Positions 1 through 7,968 of a stretch of 54,963 bases of DNA are shown here, in pieces. The stretch covers positions 1-54,963 of the forward strand of contig JBJDXI010000061.1 in the NCBI GenBank assembly GCA_051866595.1, read 5' to 3'. Under the pieces are notes generated by a model. It worked only from the letters and a program-made list of their open reading frames with translations. It was not told where the DNA came from and made no database searches. A program made the translations under genes and the position numbers. Source of the DNA: Clostridia bacterium. Lineage in GTDB: Bacteria; Bacillota; Dehalobacteriia; UBA7702. How positions within the stretch are numbered: position 1 is the first letter of the stretch; each line of letters opens with the position of its first letter.

Positions 1-14
1 AAGAAAGGAACGCT

Positions 15-1352
15 ATGAATATTTTACTGATCCAATCCCCCTCCGTGGAGGATCATACCAAAGAACGGGTTTATCCCATCGGCATCGTCATTTTAGCCAC
101 CATCGCAAAGAAAGCCGGTCATTCCATCACCATCATCGACATGAACCTGGAAGATGACAATTACGGCGCGGTCAAAACCCGGGTGGAACAGAAAAGTTTT
201 GACCTCATCGGCATTTCCCTGCGAAACATCGACCCTTTGGCTAACAAAAATGTTTCACTGGTACCGCCCTTCGTCACCGTCATTTCCATGCTCCGGGCGC
301 TTTCTCCCCAGGCGAAGATCATCGTCGGCGGCACCGGATTTTCCCTCTTCGCCCAAGAGCTGATGGAGCTGGCAAAACCGGATTTCGGCCTCATCGGCGA
401 AGGGGAAATCGCCTTTCCCGAGATTCTCAGGACATTTCCGGACATTCCCCGGGATCTGCCGGGATTCTGTTATTTCGACGAATACGGTGTGCTTCACACC
501 AATGCTCCCGAACCGGTCTTTGACCTCAAAGATTATATTTCACCAGACTACCGCCTGCTGCCCCCGGATCGTTACGCGGAAATCAATCAGTACGTTCCCG
601 CCGTGGGGGTGGAGACCCGCCGAGGCTGTCCTTTAAAATGCGCCTACTGTTCCTACCCCATTTTACAGGGGAAAAAGATCCGCTGTCGCCCGGTCAGCGA
701 TATTGTCGATGAAATCGAAAAACTCTACCGGGAATACGACATCCGCCTTTTCCATCTCAACGACCCCGTCGTCAATATGCCGGTGGAGCACCTCGACGGA
801 ATCTGCAAAGAAATTCTCCGCCGGGGCCTTAAAATCCAGTGGACGGGATTCTTCCGGGAAAACACCCTCACCAAGGAGAACGTGGCGCTCTACGCCGAAA
901 GCGGCTGCAACTGCTTCTCCCTCTCACCGGACGGATTATCCCAGAAAGCCCGGGATACGCTGAAAAAGGATCTTTCCGAAGAAGACCTGATTCAGGCCGC
1001 GAAGCTCATCGCCGAAACCGGCGTATGCTCCCTTTATCATTTCATGGTAAACGTTCCCGGCGATAACGGGGAAACCATTGAGGAAAGCAAGCGGATGATC
1101 GACAAAATCTACCGTATCCACGGCAAAAACAAAAGCCTTGGCTACGTAGTATTGAACCATATCCGCCTGCTGCCCCAGACGGAAAGCGCCCGGGCTGCTG
1201 AGGCAGAGGGCGTTCTCGATCACGACCAGAGTTTGCTTTATCCCATTTACTACAACCCCAAGCCTTACCAGAATCTGCGCTATGAACTGGAAACCCAGAG
1301 TCAGCAAAGAAATACCTTCATGTGGTATGGAATCAAGGAGGAAAAATCGTGA
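15..1352 (+). CDS. Cobalamin (B12)-binding-domain radical SAM enzyme (class B rSAM), substrate unknown
   Basis: 445 aa ORF. The N-terminus has a Rossmann-like B12-binding region (LLIQSPS...YPIGIVILATIAKKAGHSITIIDMN), followed by the radical SAM CxxxCxxC motif (RRGCPLKCAYCSYP). A purine-rich stretch, AAGAAAGGA, lies just upstream of the ATG. Confidence 0.8.
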   Translation: MNILLIQSPSVEDHTKERVYPIGIVILATIAKKAGHSITIIDMNLEDDNYGAVKTRVEQKSFDLIGISLRNIDPLANKNVSLVPPFVTVISMLRALSPQAKIIVGGTGFSLFAQELMELAKPDFGLIGEGEIAFPEILRTFPDIPRDLPGFCYFDEYGVLHTNAPEPVFDLKDYISPDYRLLPPDRYAEINQYVPAVGVETRRGCPLKCAYCSYPILQGKKIRCRPVSDIVDEIEKLYREYDIRLFHLNDPVVNMPVEHLDGICKEILRRGLKIQWTGFFRENTLTKENVALYAESGCNCFSLSPDGLSQKARDTLKKDLSEEDLIQAAKLIAETGVCSLYHFMVNVPGDNGETIEESKRMIDKIYRIHGKNKSLGYVVLNHIRLLPQTESARAAEAEGVLDHDQSLLYPIYYNPKPYQNLRYELETQSQQRNTFMWYGIKEEKS

Positions 1353-2884
1353 AACTGTTTTTTCTGGAACATCCCAGAGAAGTCGGAAGCGACTACTGCA
1401 ACGACATTGCCAACACACCGCTGTCTTCCTGTCTGATCATTCCTTCCCTAGCCGGAAACCTGGAAAAAGAACATGAAGTCCGGGTCGGCGACGGTTTTCT
1501 GGGAAAACAATCCTATGAGCAACTGAAAGAGGACATCCTTCGCTTTCAGCCTCAAATCATCGGCATCCACATGATCTATCAATGGGATGAGCACCACCGG
1601 TTAAAAGCGTTTCTTCGGGAAATCGCAACGGAGATCAACGCCGACATCATCGTTTTCGGGTTTTATCCCTCCTTCGCCTATGAAGATCTGTTAACGGCGA
1701 TCCCGGAAATCCGCGGAATCGTCATCGGTGAGCCGGAATCGGCCTTTTTCGCCTTGAGCCAGGGGATTCCGCCGGAAAAAGCCCCCTCCATGGCTTTCAG
1801 GAAAGAAGACGGAACCATCGGCCGCAATCCCATCGAAACCATCAAGGACCTCGATGCTTTAGCCTATCCACGATACAGTGAAGAGCTGATGAACATCGGT
1901 GAGGTCAACATCGAAGGCAGCCGAGGCTGTTACAATCACTGCACCTTCTGCTATATCAACGACTATTACGACAACCACTGCCGCTGGCGCGGTCACAGCA
2001 CCGATTACGTCGTCGGTCTCATCGAGAAAATCATCAAAGAAACCGGGAACCGTCGTTTTTATTTTGTTGACCCCAACTTTTTCGGCCCCGGCAAAAACGG
2101 ACAACGACGGGCCATGAAAATGGCCGCCAAACTGAAACCGCTGAACATCAAATTCGGCATTGAAGCGAGGGTCAACGACATTCATGAAGAAAGTATCAGC
2201 GCATTGGCAGACGCCGGCATGGAAGAAATCCTCATCGGGCTGGAAAGCGGCAGTCAGCGCTGTTTGGACCGCCTGAAAAAGAATACCACCGTAGACCAGA
2301 ATGAACGGGCCCTTTCCATCCTGCGCAAAGCGGGCATTGCGCCGAACATCGGTTTTATTATGTTCCAGCCCGACTCCCGGCCGGAAGACATCCGCACCAA
2401 TTTTTCCTTCCTCCGGCGCAATCACCTGCTGGAAGATGTAAAAATCACCGCCAATCTGCTCTACCATAACCAGATCCTGCTCCAGGGCTCTCAATGCTAC
2501 CGTGAAGTGGAAAATCTCCCCACACCCAAACCTTACCACATCGTCCTGCCCTATAAAAACGAAAACGTGGGACAGCTGGCGTCCTTTATGCGGCGTTTCA
2601 CCAACCGGCTGTTTCGGATCATGACGCCGCTGTGGTCTACCTTCTATAAGGAAAATGAAGAGGTGCTTCGGATTTATCAGGAACTCAATCAATTTCTCAC
2701 GGATACTTTTGAGGAAGTCCTTTCCCATGAAGAAACCAAGGGACTTTATAAGGAAGAAGAGCTGGAAACCCTGGCCGGCGAAAAAGAAAGCGTTCTGGAC
2801 GAAATCTGCCAGCGTATCTACACCGCCCTGCCGGAAGACTGGCGGGAACAGGGTCGAATCAAAACCAGCTCGACCTGTTCATAA
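1349..2884 (+). CDS. Second cobalamin-binding-domain radical SAM enzyme, translationally coupled to the first
   Basis: An in-frame GTG at 1349 overlaps the upstream stop codon (GTGA) and sits 7 nt after GGAGG (1337-1341). The track's ATG at 1322 is the alternative start. The CxxxCxxC motif is SRGCYNHCTFCYI. I see no C-terminal SPASM-like Cys cluster. Confidence 0.8.
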   Translation: MKLFFLEHPREVGSDYCNDIANTPLSSCLIIPSLAGNLEKEHEVRVGDGFLGKQSYEQLKEDILRFQPQIIGIHMIYQWDEHHRLKAFLREIATEINADIIVFGFYPSFAYEDLLTAIPEIRGIVIGEPESAFFALSQGIPPEKAPSMAFRKEDGTIGRNPIETIKDLDALAYPRYSEELMNIGEVNIEGSRGCYNHCTFCYINDYYDNHCRWRGHSTDYVVGLIEKIIKETGNRRFYFVDPNFFGPGKNGQRRAMKMAAKLKPLNIKFGIEARVNDIHEESISALADAGMEEILIGLESGSQRCLDRLKKNTTVDQNERALSILRKAGIAPNIGFIMFQPDSRPEDIRTNFSFLRRNHLLEDVKITANLLYHNQILLQGSQCYREVENLPTPKPYHIVLPYKNENVGQLASFMRRFTNRLFRIMTPLWSTFYKENEEVLRIYQELNQFLTDTFEEVLSHEETKGLYKEEELETLAGEKESVLDEICQRIYTALPEDWREQGRIKTSSTCS

Positions 2885-2923
2885 ATACAAACTCATTCTT
2901 TTCCGTATGACGGATCAGGCATA

Positions 2924-2965
2924 GAAGAACCCGATCGAAACCGTAAAGGTCTGATCGGGTTCTTC
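2924..2965. terminator. Bidirectional intrinsic terminator between the convergent rSAM and vWA-SLH genes
   Basis: Perfect 13 bp stem, GAAGAACCCGATC ... GATCGGGTTCTTC, with AT-rich sequence on both flanks. Confidence 0.7.
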
Positions 2966-3021
2966 CTTAATTATATATGGGTTATCTTCTGCCGCGAAAC
3001 GCGCAGATCCCTTATAAGCGC

Positions 3022-5265
3022 TTATTTCTGATCCGTCGCTTCGCTCCAGGTTTTTTCAAGCGCTTCCCAATCGGGATTCGGCAGCATCACCGTCCATACT
3101 TCATAGTTGAAGGTCTGGCCTTCTACCTGCTTATCCGTGCGTTTGTATTCGTGACTGTTGGTGGCTTCCTGTACCGCGGTGTAATACCACGCTTTGGTAT
3201 TGCTGTTATCCGGCCATGTTTTCATATTCGGCAGCATCCCGACGATTTCCGTTTCCCGTTCCAGCACGCGGTTAATCAGACTCATCGCCTCAGCCCGGGT
3301 AATATACTGATCCGGATGGAAGGAACCGTCCTTATACCCTTTCAACCAGCCCGCCGCCGCGGCCTTTTCAATATCCTTTTCAGCCCAGTGTCCGGCCACA
3401 TCGTTAAAAGACGGCGGATTTTCAATTTCCGGTTCATTGTTGAAGCGGTCAAAACGGGCGGCAATGGCGGCCATTTCCGCCCGGGTAATCGGCTGATCGG
3501 GAGCGAAGGTACCGTCTTCATAACCGAAAATAATTTCCGCGTTGGTCATGGTTGAAACGGCGTTGTTGTACCAATCACTGTTTGACACATCGGTATAGTC
3601 ATTGGTCTTGGACCAGAGAACGGTACGGCTCTGATCATCGAGGAGGCGAAAATAAATCGTAGCCACTTCCGCCCGGGTAATGTTTTCCTCAGGGTAAACA
3701 AAGCCATCAGGACGGCCGATGATATAGGCCACATGGTCTTCCTTATTCAGTTGTGGAATCTGATAGGATACCGTCGGTTTCTGAAAATCCTCGGCTTCTC
3801 CCCGGTTTCCCCGGCTGTCTATGGGATAGAGTACCGCCCGGTTATTCGTATACAGACCGTCATACCCCATACTGCCATCTCTGTCGTACGTACCGTAAAT
3901 ACCGATGTCGCTTTGGGGATTGGTGAGCTGAACCTGATAGATCAGCTGAACCGGCTGATCAATGGTAACCGGAACGTTGATTTCCCAGATAAAATGCTCA
4001 TCTACAGTCTCACTGCCGGGGACATAGGTCAGAATAAAATCATAACCGCTGTCGCTTTTCCCAAAGCCATACGTATTCTCATCAATGACTTCTTTATCCG
4101 GTTCAACACCGCCAACGGTCAGTTTCAGCGCGGAGAGATCATTGATCAAATCAAAATTGTAATCATTCCCGCCGTTATCTATTCCATCACCGATGAAATC
4201 CACCACTTTACTGCCGGCATCAAGCAGATAGATCATCTCATTGGCAATTTCGTCAAATGCGGCAACCAGATCGCCTTCCTCACCGCCGTAATTGGGTTTC
4301 GATACTTTATAATAGGAAACACCGGGCTGGGCACCGATCCAGTCGCAGAAATTCTCGCCGTACTGATAGACGGCGTTATTTTTATATTTATCTGTACCGA
4401 AAGCCACCATCTTCACTTGATATCGGCCGAGAATTTCATCCTGAAGATATTTCGCCGTATAATAGGTCGATTTCTGAATATTCGTATATTTATAGCCGTT
4501 ATCAAAGGTTTCCCCGGTATTGCCGTTGGCGTACCAATCGTTGGCATCGGTGTCCCAGTCGGTAATCGCCAAAATCTCTTCCATGCTCATCACCGCGGAA
4601 AGATCATTGTTCGAAGCTTCGGGGTCGGTGCCGGCGGGAAAAGAGGTTTCCGAAACAGGGAACCCATCTTCATCCAGTGTGCGGAAATGGTGGGCGGTTT
4701 TGCACATCGGTTCGCCCTTTTCCATCCAGTAAATGGGAATCCCGTCGCTCATGATCACCATATATTTGTCCGAAGCGGAACCGCTGTCCAGCATCGCTTT
4801 TCCGGCGATGAGCCCCGCCATCATGTTCGTATCCGAGGAAGCCTCAATCTTTTCAATGGCCGTTCTGGCCTCAGTTACCGTAACGAGGCCGCCGGTAAGA
4901 TCGTGGGCCGTCCGATCAAAGGTAACGATGCCGATATGAGTATCCACATTGTTTTTCGCCGCCAGCTCATCACAGATGGCCAAAGACGCTTTTTTGGCTT
5001 CGGCAATATCGAGATCTTTCATACTGCTGGAAACATCCATGACGATGACCACATCAACGGAGGGTTTCTTATCGGCGGCGGGGAGAGAAAGCGTCACCTC
5101 TGATATAAAGTCCTTCAATTCCCCGGCAGTTTTGGATTTGGACACCGTCCATTGCACCGAAGACTCCTTCTCCGCCCCGGAGATTTCACGGGCGGAGACC
5201 GGTACTGAAATTACCGTCAGCACCATACACATTGCCAATAAAACACCGAAAACCTTGTTCCTCAT
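3022..5265 (-). CDS. Secreted von Willebrand factor A domain protein with three C-terminal SLH domains
   Basis: N-terminal signal peptide (MRNKVFGVLLAMCMVLTVISVPVSA). vWA MIDAS motif DxSxS (VIVMDVSSSM). Three C-terminal repeats each carry the SLH-type ITRAE motif (ITRAEVATIYFRLL, ITRAEMAAIAARF, ITRAEAMSLINRVL). Confidence 0.85.
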   Translation of the reverse strand: MRNKVFGVLLAMCMVLTVISVPVSAREISGAEKESSVQWTVSKSKTAGELKDFISEVTLSLPAADKKPSVDVVIVMDVSSSMKDLDIAEAKKASLAICDELAAKNNVDTHIGIVTFDRTAHDLTGGLVTVTEARTAIEKIEASSDTNMMAGLIAGKAMLDSGSASDKYMVIMSDGIPIYWMEKGEPMCKTAHHFRTLDEDGFPVSETSFPAGTDPEASNNDLSAVMSMEEILAITDWDTDANDWYANGNTGETFDNGYKYTNIQKSTYYTAKYLQDEILGRYQVKMVAFGTDKYKNNAVYQYGENFCDWIGAQPGVSYYKVSKPNYGGEEGDLVAAFDEIANEMIYLLDAGSKVVDFIGDGIDNGGNDYNFDLINDLSALKLTVGGVEPDKEVIDENTYGFGKSDSGYDFILTYVPGSETVDEHFIWEINVPVTIDQPVQLIYQVQLTNPQSDIGIYGTYDRDGSMGYDGLYTNNRAVLYPIDSRGNRGEAEDFQKPTVSYQIPQLNKEDHVAYIIGRPDGFVYPEENITRAEVATIYFRLLDDQSRTVLWSKTNDYTDVSNSDWYNNAVSTMTNAEIIFGYEDGTFAPDQPITRAEMAAIAARFDRFNNEPEIENPPSFNDVAGHWAEKDIEKAAAAGWLKGYKDGSFHPDQYITRAEAMSLINRVLERETEIVGMLPNMKTWPDNSNTKAWYYTAVQEATNSHEYKRTDKQVEGQTFNYEVWTVMLPNPDWEALEKTWSEATDQK

Positions 5266-5431
5266 GGGATTTTGTTTCTCCTTTCTGATTTTCCTTTTGT
5301 TTTCCTTGGTTTTGTTTGCAAAAGAATATACTCCACCCTATTATTTTATGCCCAGTACTCCGTCTTATTCTGTTTCTTTATCGCCCCTTCCCGACAGATT
5401 TCTTTATCCGCACGCATATACAAGGAAAAAG

Positions 5432-5470
5432 AAAAGCGCTGTGCCTCCAAAAAGGATGCACAGCGCTTTT
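5432..5470 (-). terminator. Intrinsic terminator-like hairpin in the htpG / vWA-SLH intergenic region
   Basis: 13 bp stem AAAAGCGCTGTGC ... GCACAGCGCTTTT. Read on the minus strand it is followed by TTTTCTTTTTCC. Which transcript it terminates is not clear. Confidence 0.5.
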
Positions 5471-5533
5471 ATGATACAACATCATACACAAAATAACGCA
5501 AACCAACACACTTGCGGAAAAAACGCAAAAAAC

Positions 5534-5562
5534 TTGCAAAAAGCATGCATTTCACGTATAAT
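5534..5562 (+). promoter_or_regulatory. Near-consensus sigma-A promoter with no downstream ORF
   Basis: TTGCAA (5534-5539), an exact 17 nt spacer, then TATAAT (5557-5562). Confidence 0.6.
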
Positions 5563-5568
5563 ATACAA

Positions 5569-5665
5569 GTGCGGTATGAGCGACAGCTCTTGGTTTGGGT
5601 GCTGCTTCACCCGGGCGAACCTCTCATTGGGTGGAAGCTTTGAGAGGATGCCGCATTTTTATTTT
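5569..5665 (+). ncRNA. Candidate small structured RNA of about 95 nt, family unknown
   Basis: It starts about 7 nt after the -10 element. It folds as a four-way junction:
- P1: 5571-5577 with 5648-5654 (one G-U pair)
- P2: GAGC gaca GCUC
- P3: GGGUG/CACCC
- P4: CCUCUCA/UGAGAGG
P4 stacks on P1, and the tail AUUUUUAUUUUGUUUU follows. No plausible plus-strand ORF lies downstream. Confidence 0.45.
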
Positions 5666-5774
5666 GTTTTATCTATTTCCTTGGTCGGAAAACCCGACAA
5701 AAACAGCATACCATATTTTTCCGTACATTTCAAGCCGCTTATAAACAGTACTCCGCAAATTTTTTTAAACAGCA

Positions 5775-5808
5775 GAAGCCCGGTGATCCTATCGAATCAC
5801 CGGGCTTC
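5775..5808 (-). terminator. Probable htpG terminator hairpin
   Basis: 13 bp stem GAAGCCCGGTGAT ... ATCACCGGGCTTC, about 110 nt downstream of the htpG stop. The U-tract is imperfect on both strands. Confidence 0.5.
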
Positions 5809-5916
5809 TTTATAAAAGACGATTTTCTTTTGAAATTCATAGGTAGTTGGTGTTTTTTTGACTTAAGGAGAGTAAAAGATATACATTCGCGGGGAAAACC
5901 GTCTTGAAAACAGGAT

Positions 5917-7800
5917 TTAAGCCATGAGCTTGCAGATCATTTCCGTCAGTTCCACGGGGTTATCCACGGGCATACCGCCGATGAGACGGGCCTGGGCGTA
6001 AAGGATCCGGGCGTATTCGCCCACGGTTTCCTTATCGGTTTCGTACATCGCCTTGAGTTTAGCGGCGATGGGATGATCGGCGTTGATGTCCATATAAATC
6101 TCGGCTCTTACCCCCTGATCCGTGGGCATGGATTTCAAGACCCGTTCCATTTCCAGAGAGATTTTCCCTTCGGAAGTGAGGCAGACCGCGTGATTTTTCA
6201 GCTTATGGGTAAAGCGAACGCCTTTAATGTCGCTACCCACAGCGTCTTTCATGTATTCCAAAAGATCTTTGGAGGCTTCGTTTTCGGTTTTTACCGCTTC
6301 CTTTTCCTCTTCGCTGACGAGGCCGGCGTCATCGGCGCTGACATTCACGAAGCGTTTGTCTTCGTATTCCAGCAGAATCTGGAAGACAAATTCGTCGATG
6401 TTATCGGTGAGGTAAAGGATTTCGTAGCCTTTGGCCTTGGCCGCGTCGGTCTGGGGCAGAAGGTCGATCTTGTTGACATCGGTCCCGCAGGCGTAGTAGA
6501 TCTTTTCCTGATCTTCGGGCATACGGTCACGGTATTCTTTCAGTGTGACCATTTTCTTTTCCGTGGAGGAATAGAAGAGGAGCAGATCTTTAAGCTCTTC
6601 TTTATGAACGCCGAATTCGTCATAAACACCGAATTTCAGCTGAACGCCGAAAATGGAGAAGAATTTTTCATAGGTTTCTCTGTCCTTTTTCAGCATAGTC
6701 TTCAATTCGCTGGTAATCTTCTTATCAATGGCTTTGGCGATAACTTTCAGCTGATGGTCATGCTGGAGCATTTCACGGGAGATGTTCAAAGAAAGATCGG
6801 CGCTGTCCACCAGCCCTTTGACAAAACTGTAATAATCGGGGAGCAGATCGGCGCATTTATCCATGATCAGAACGCCGTTGGCGTAGAGCTGCAAGCCTTT
6901 TTCGTAATCTTTGGTATAGAAATCATAGGGCGCTTTGCCGGGGATATAGAGAAGCGCGTCATAAGTGGCCAGCCCTTCGGTTTTGCTGTGGATCACTTTC
7001 AGCGGTTCGGTATAATCGTAGAATTTATCCTGATAGAACTGCTGATATTCTTCTTTGGTGATTTCGCTTTTGTTCTTGCGCCAGAGGGGAATCATGCTGT
7101 TCAAGGTTTCAGTTTCAATCACCGCTTCGGTTTCGCCGTCCTCACCGCCTTCTACGGGACGATGATGAGTCACATCCATGCGGATGGGATAGCGGACGTA
7201 ATCGGAATATTTCTTCACAAGGTTTTCCACACGGAAGGAGGAGAGGTAATCGCTGTATTTTTCTTCTTCGGTATCTTCTTTGAGATACAGCGTAATTTCG
7301 GTCCCGGCGTTTTCTTTTTCGCAGGGTTCGATGGTATAGCCGTCGGCGCCTTCGGAAGTCCAGCGATAAGCGGTATCGGCACCGAAAGCCTTGCTTTCCA
7401 CCACGATTTTATCGCTGACCATAAAAGCGGAATAGAAGCCCACGCCGAACTGGCCGATGATTTCAATATCTTCCGCTTCGGTATTTTCCTTCTTAAAGGC
7501 CTGGGAACCGCTCTGGGCAATGGTACCGAGGTTGTTTTCCAGTTCATCGGCGGTCATACCGATGCCGTTATCGGAAATTTTAAAGATACGGTCTCCTTCA
7601 TTGAGATCGATGCGAATCTCAAAATCGTCTTTATTCAGACCGACGGTTTCATCGGTAAGGGAACGGAAATAGAGTTTATCAATGGCGTCAGACGCGTTGG
7701 AGATCAGCTCACGGAGAAAAATTTCCTTATGGGTATAAATCGAATTGATCATTAAATCCAATAATTTTTTCGATTCGGCTTTAAATTGTTTCTTTTCCAA
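5917..7800 (-). CDS. htpG: Molecular chaperone HtpG (Hsp90 family)
   Basis: The N-terminus (EKKQFKAESKKLLDLMINSIYTHKEIFLRELISNASDAIDKL) is the Hsp90 ATPase signature, and similarity runs the full length. The likely start is the TTG at 7800, 5 nt after AGGTGA. The track's GTG at 7809 lies inside that SD sequence. Confidence 0.95.
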   Translation of the reverse strand: MEKKQFKAESKKLLDLMINSIYTHKEIFLRELISNASDAIDKLYFRSLTDETVGLNKDDFEIRIDLNEGDRIFKISDNGIGMTADELENNLGTIAQSGSQAFKKENTEAEDIEIIGQFGVGFYSAFMVSDKIVVESKAFGADTAYRWTSEGADGYTIEPCEKENAGTEITLYLKEDTEEEKYSDYLSSFRVENLVKKYSDYVRYPIRMDVTHHRPVEGGEDGETEAVIETETLNSMIPLWRKNKSEITKEEYQQFYQDKFYDYTEPLKVIHSKTEGLATYDALLYIPGKAPYDFYTKDYEKGLQLYANGVLIMDKCADLLPDYYSFVKGLVDSADLSLNISREMLQHDHQLKVIAKAIDKKITSELKTMLKKDRETYEKFFSIFGVQLKFGVYDEFGVHKEELKDLLLFYSSTEKKMVTLKEYRDRMPEDQEKIYYACGTDVNKIDLLPQTDAAKAKGYEILYLTDNIDEFVFQILLEYEDKRFVNVSADDAGLVSEEEKEAVKTENEASKDLLEYMKDAVGSDIKGVRFTHKLKNHAVCLTSEGKISLEMERVLKSMPTDQGVRAEIYMDINADHPIAAKLKAMYETDKETVGEYARILYAQARLIGGMPVDNPVELTEMICKLMA

Positions 7801-7824
7801 AAGAATCACCTGATTTCTAATTTT

Positions 7825-7851
7825 TTAGCACTCACTCTCATCGAGTGCTAA
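7825..7851 (-). promoter_or_regulatory. CIRCE operator (HrcA binding site)
   Basis: TTAGCACTC-N9-GAGTGCTAA, a perfect match to the CIRCE consensus. It lies between the htpG promoter and the RBS. Confidence 0.9.
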
Positions 7852-7855
7852 CAGT

Positions 7856-7884
7856 ATTATAGCGTCTTTGACCTTTCTTGTCAA
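7856..7884 (-). promoter_or_regulatory. Consensus sigma-A promoter of htpG
   Basis: Read on the minus strand: TTGACA (7884-7879), a 17 nt spacer, then TATAAT (7861-7856). Confidence 0.8.
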
Positions 7885-7921
7885 CCGTGTTCGTTTCGCG
7901 CGAAATGATTTTACGGAAAAA

Positions 7922-7951
7922 GAAAACGGACACCGTAACGATGTCCGTTTT
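7922..7951 (-). terminator. Terminator of the SLH/Big_2 gene
   Basis: Stem GAAAACGGACA ... TGTCCGTTTTC, immediately downstream of the stop at 7969. Confidence 0.7.
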
Positions 7952-7968
7952 CAACTTTTACCATCAAA

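Noticed and set aside
5571-5654. Possible identity of the small RNA candidate as a 4.5S/SRP RNA.
   Set aside because: The conserved domain IV sequence (GGUCCGGAAGGAAGCAGC with a GNRA-type loop) is absent on the plus strand. Only a partial GAAGCAGC match exists on the minus strand, which has neither promoter nor terminator in that orientation.
4949-5815. A 288 aa plus-strand ORF spanning the vWA-SLH promoter region and the sRNA candidate. A 74 aa ORF at 5272-5496 was also considered.
   Set aside because: It begins antisense inside the vWA-SLH gene and then crosses two terminator hairpins and a promoter. The sequence is low-complexity with no RBS.
6073-7755. A 560 aa ORF antisense to htpG. Similar long antisense ORFs appear at 3733-5103, 8053-9096, 10366-12294, 16589-17944, 33723-35234 and 41156-41863.
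   Set aside because: Each lies entirely opposite a gene with unmistakable family motifs. Their translations are low-complexity (rich in Gly, Arg, His and Phe) with no recognisable domains or RBS. Stop-free antisense frames are expected from the codon bias of this moderately GC-rich genome.
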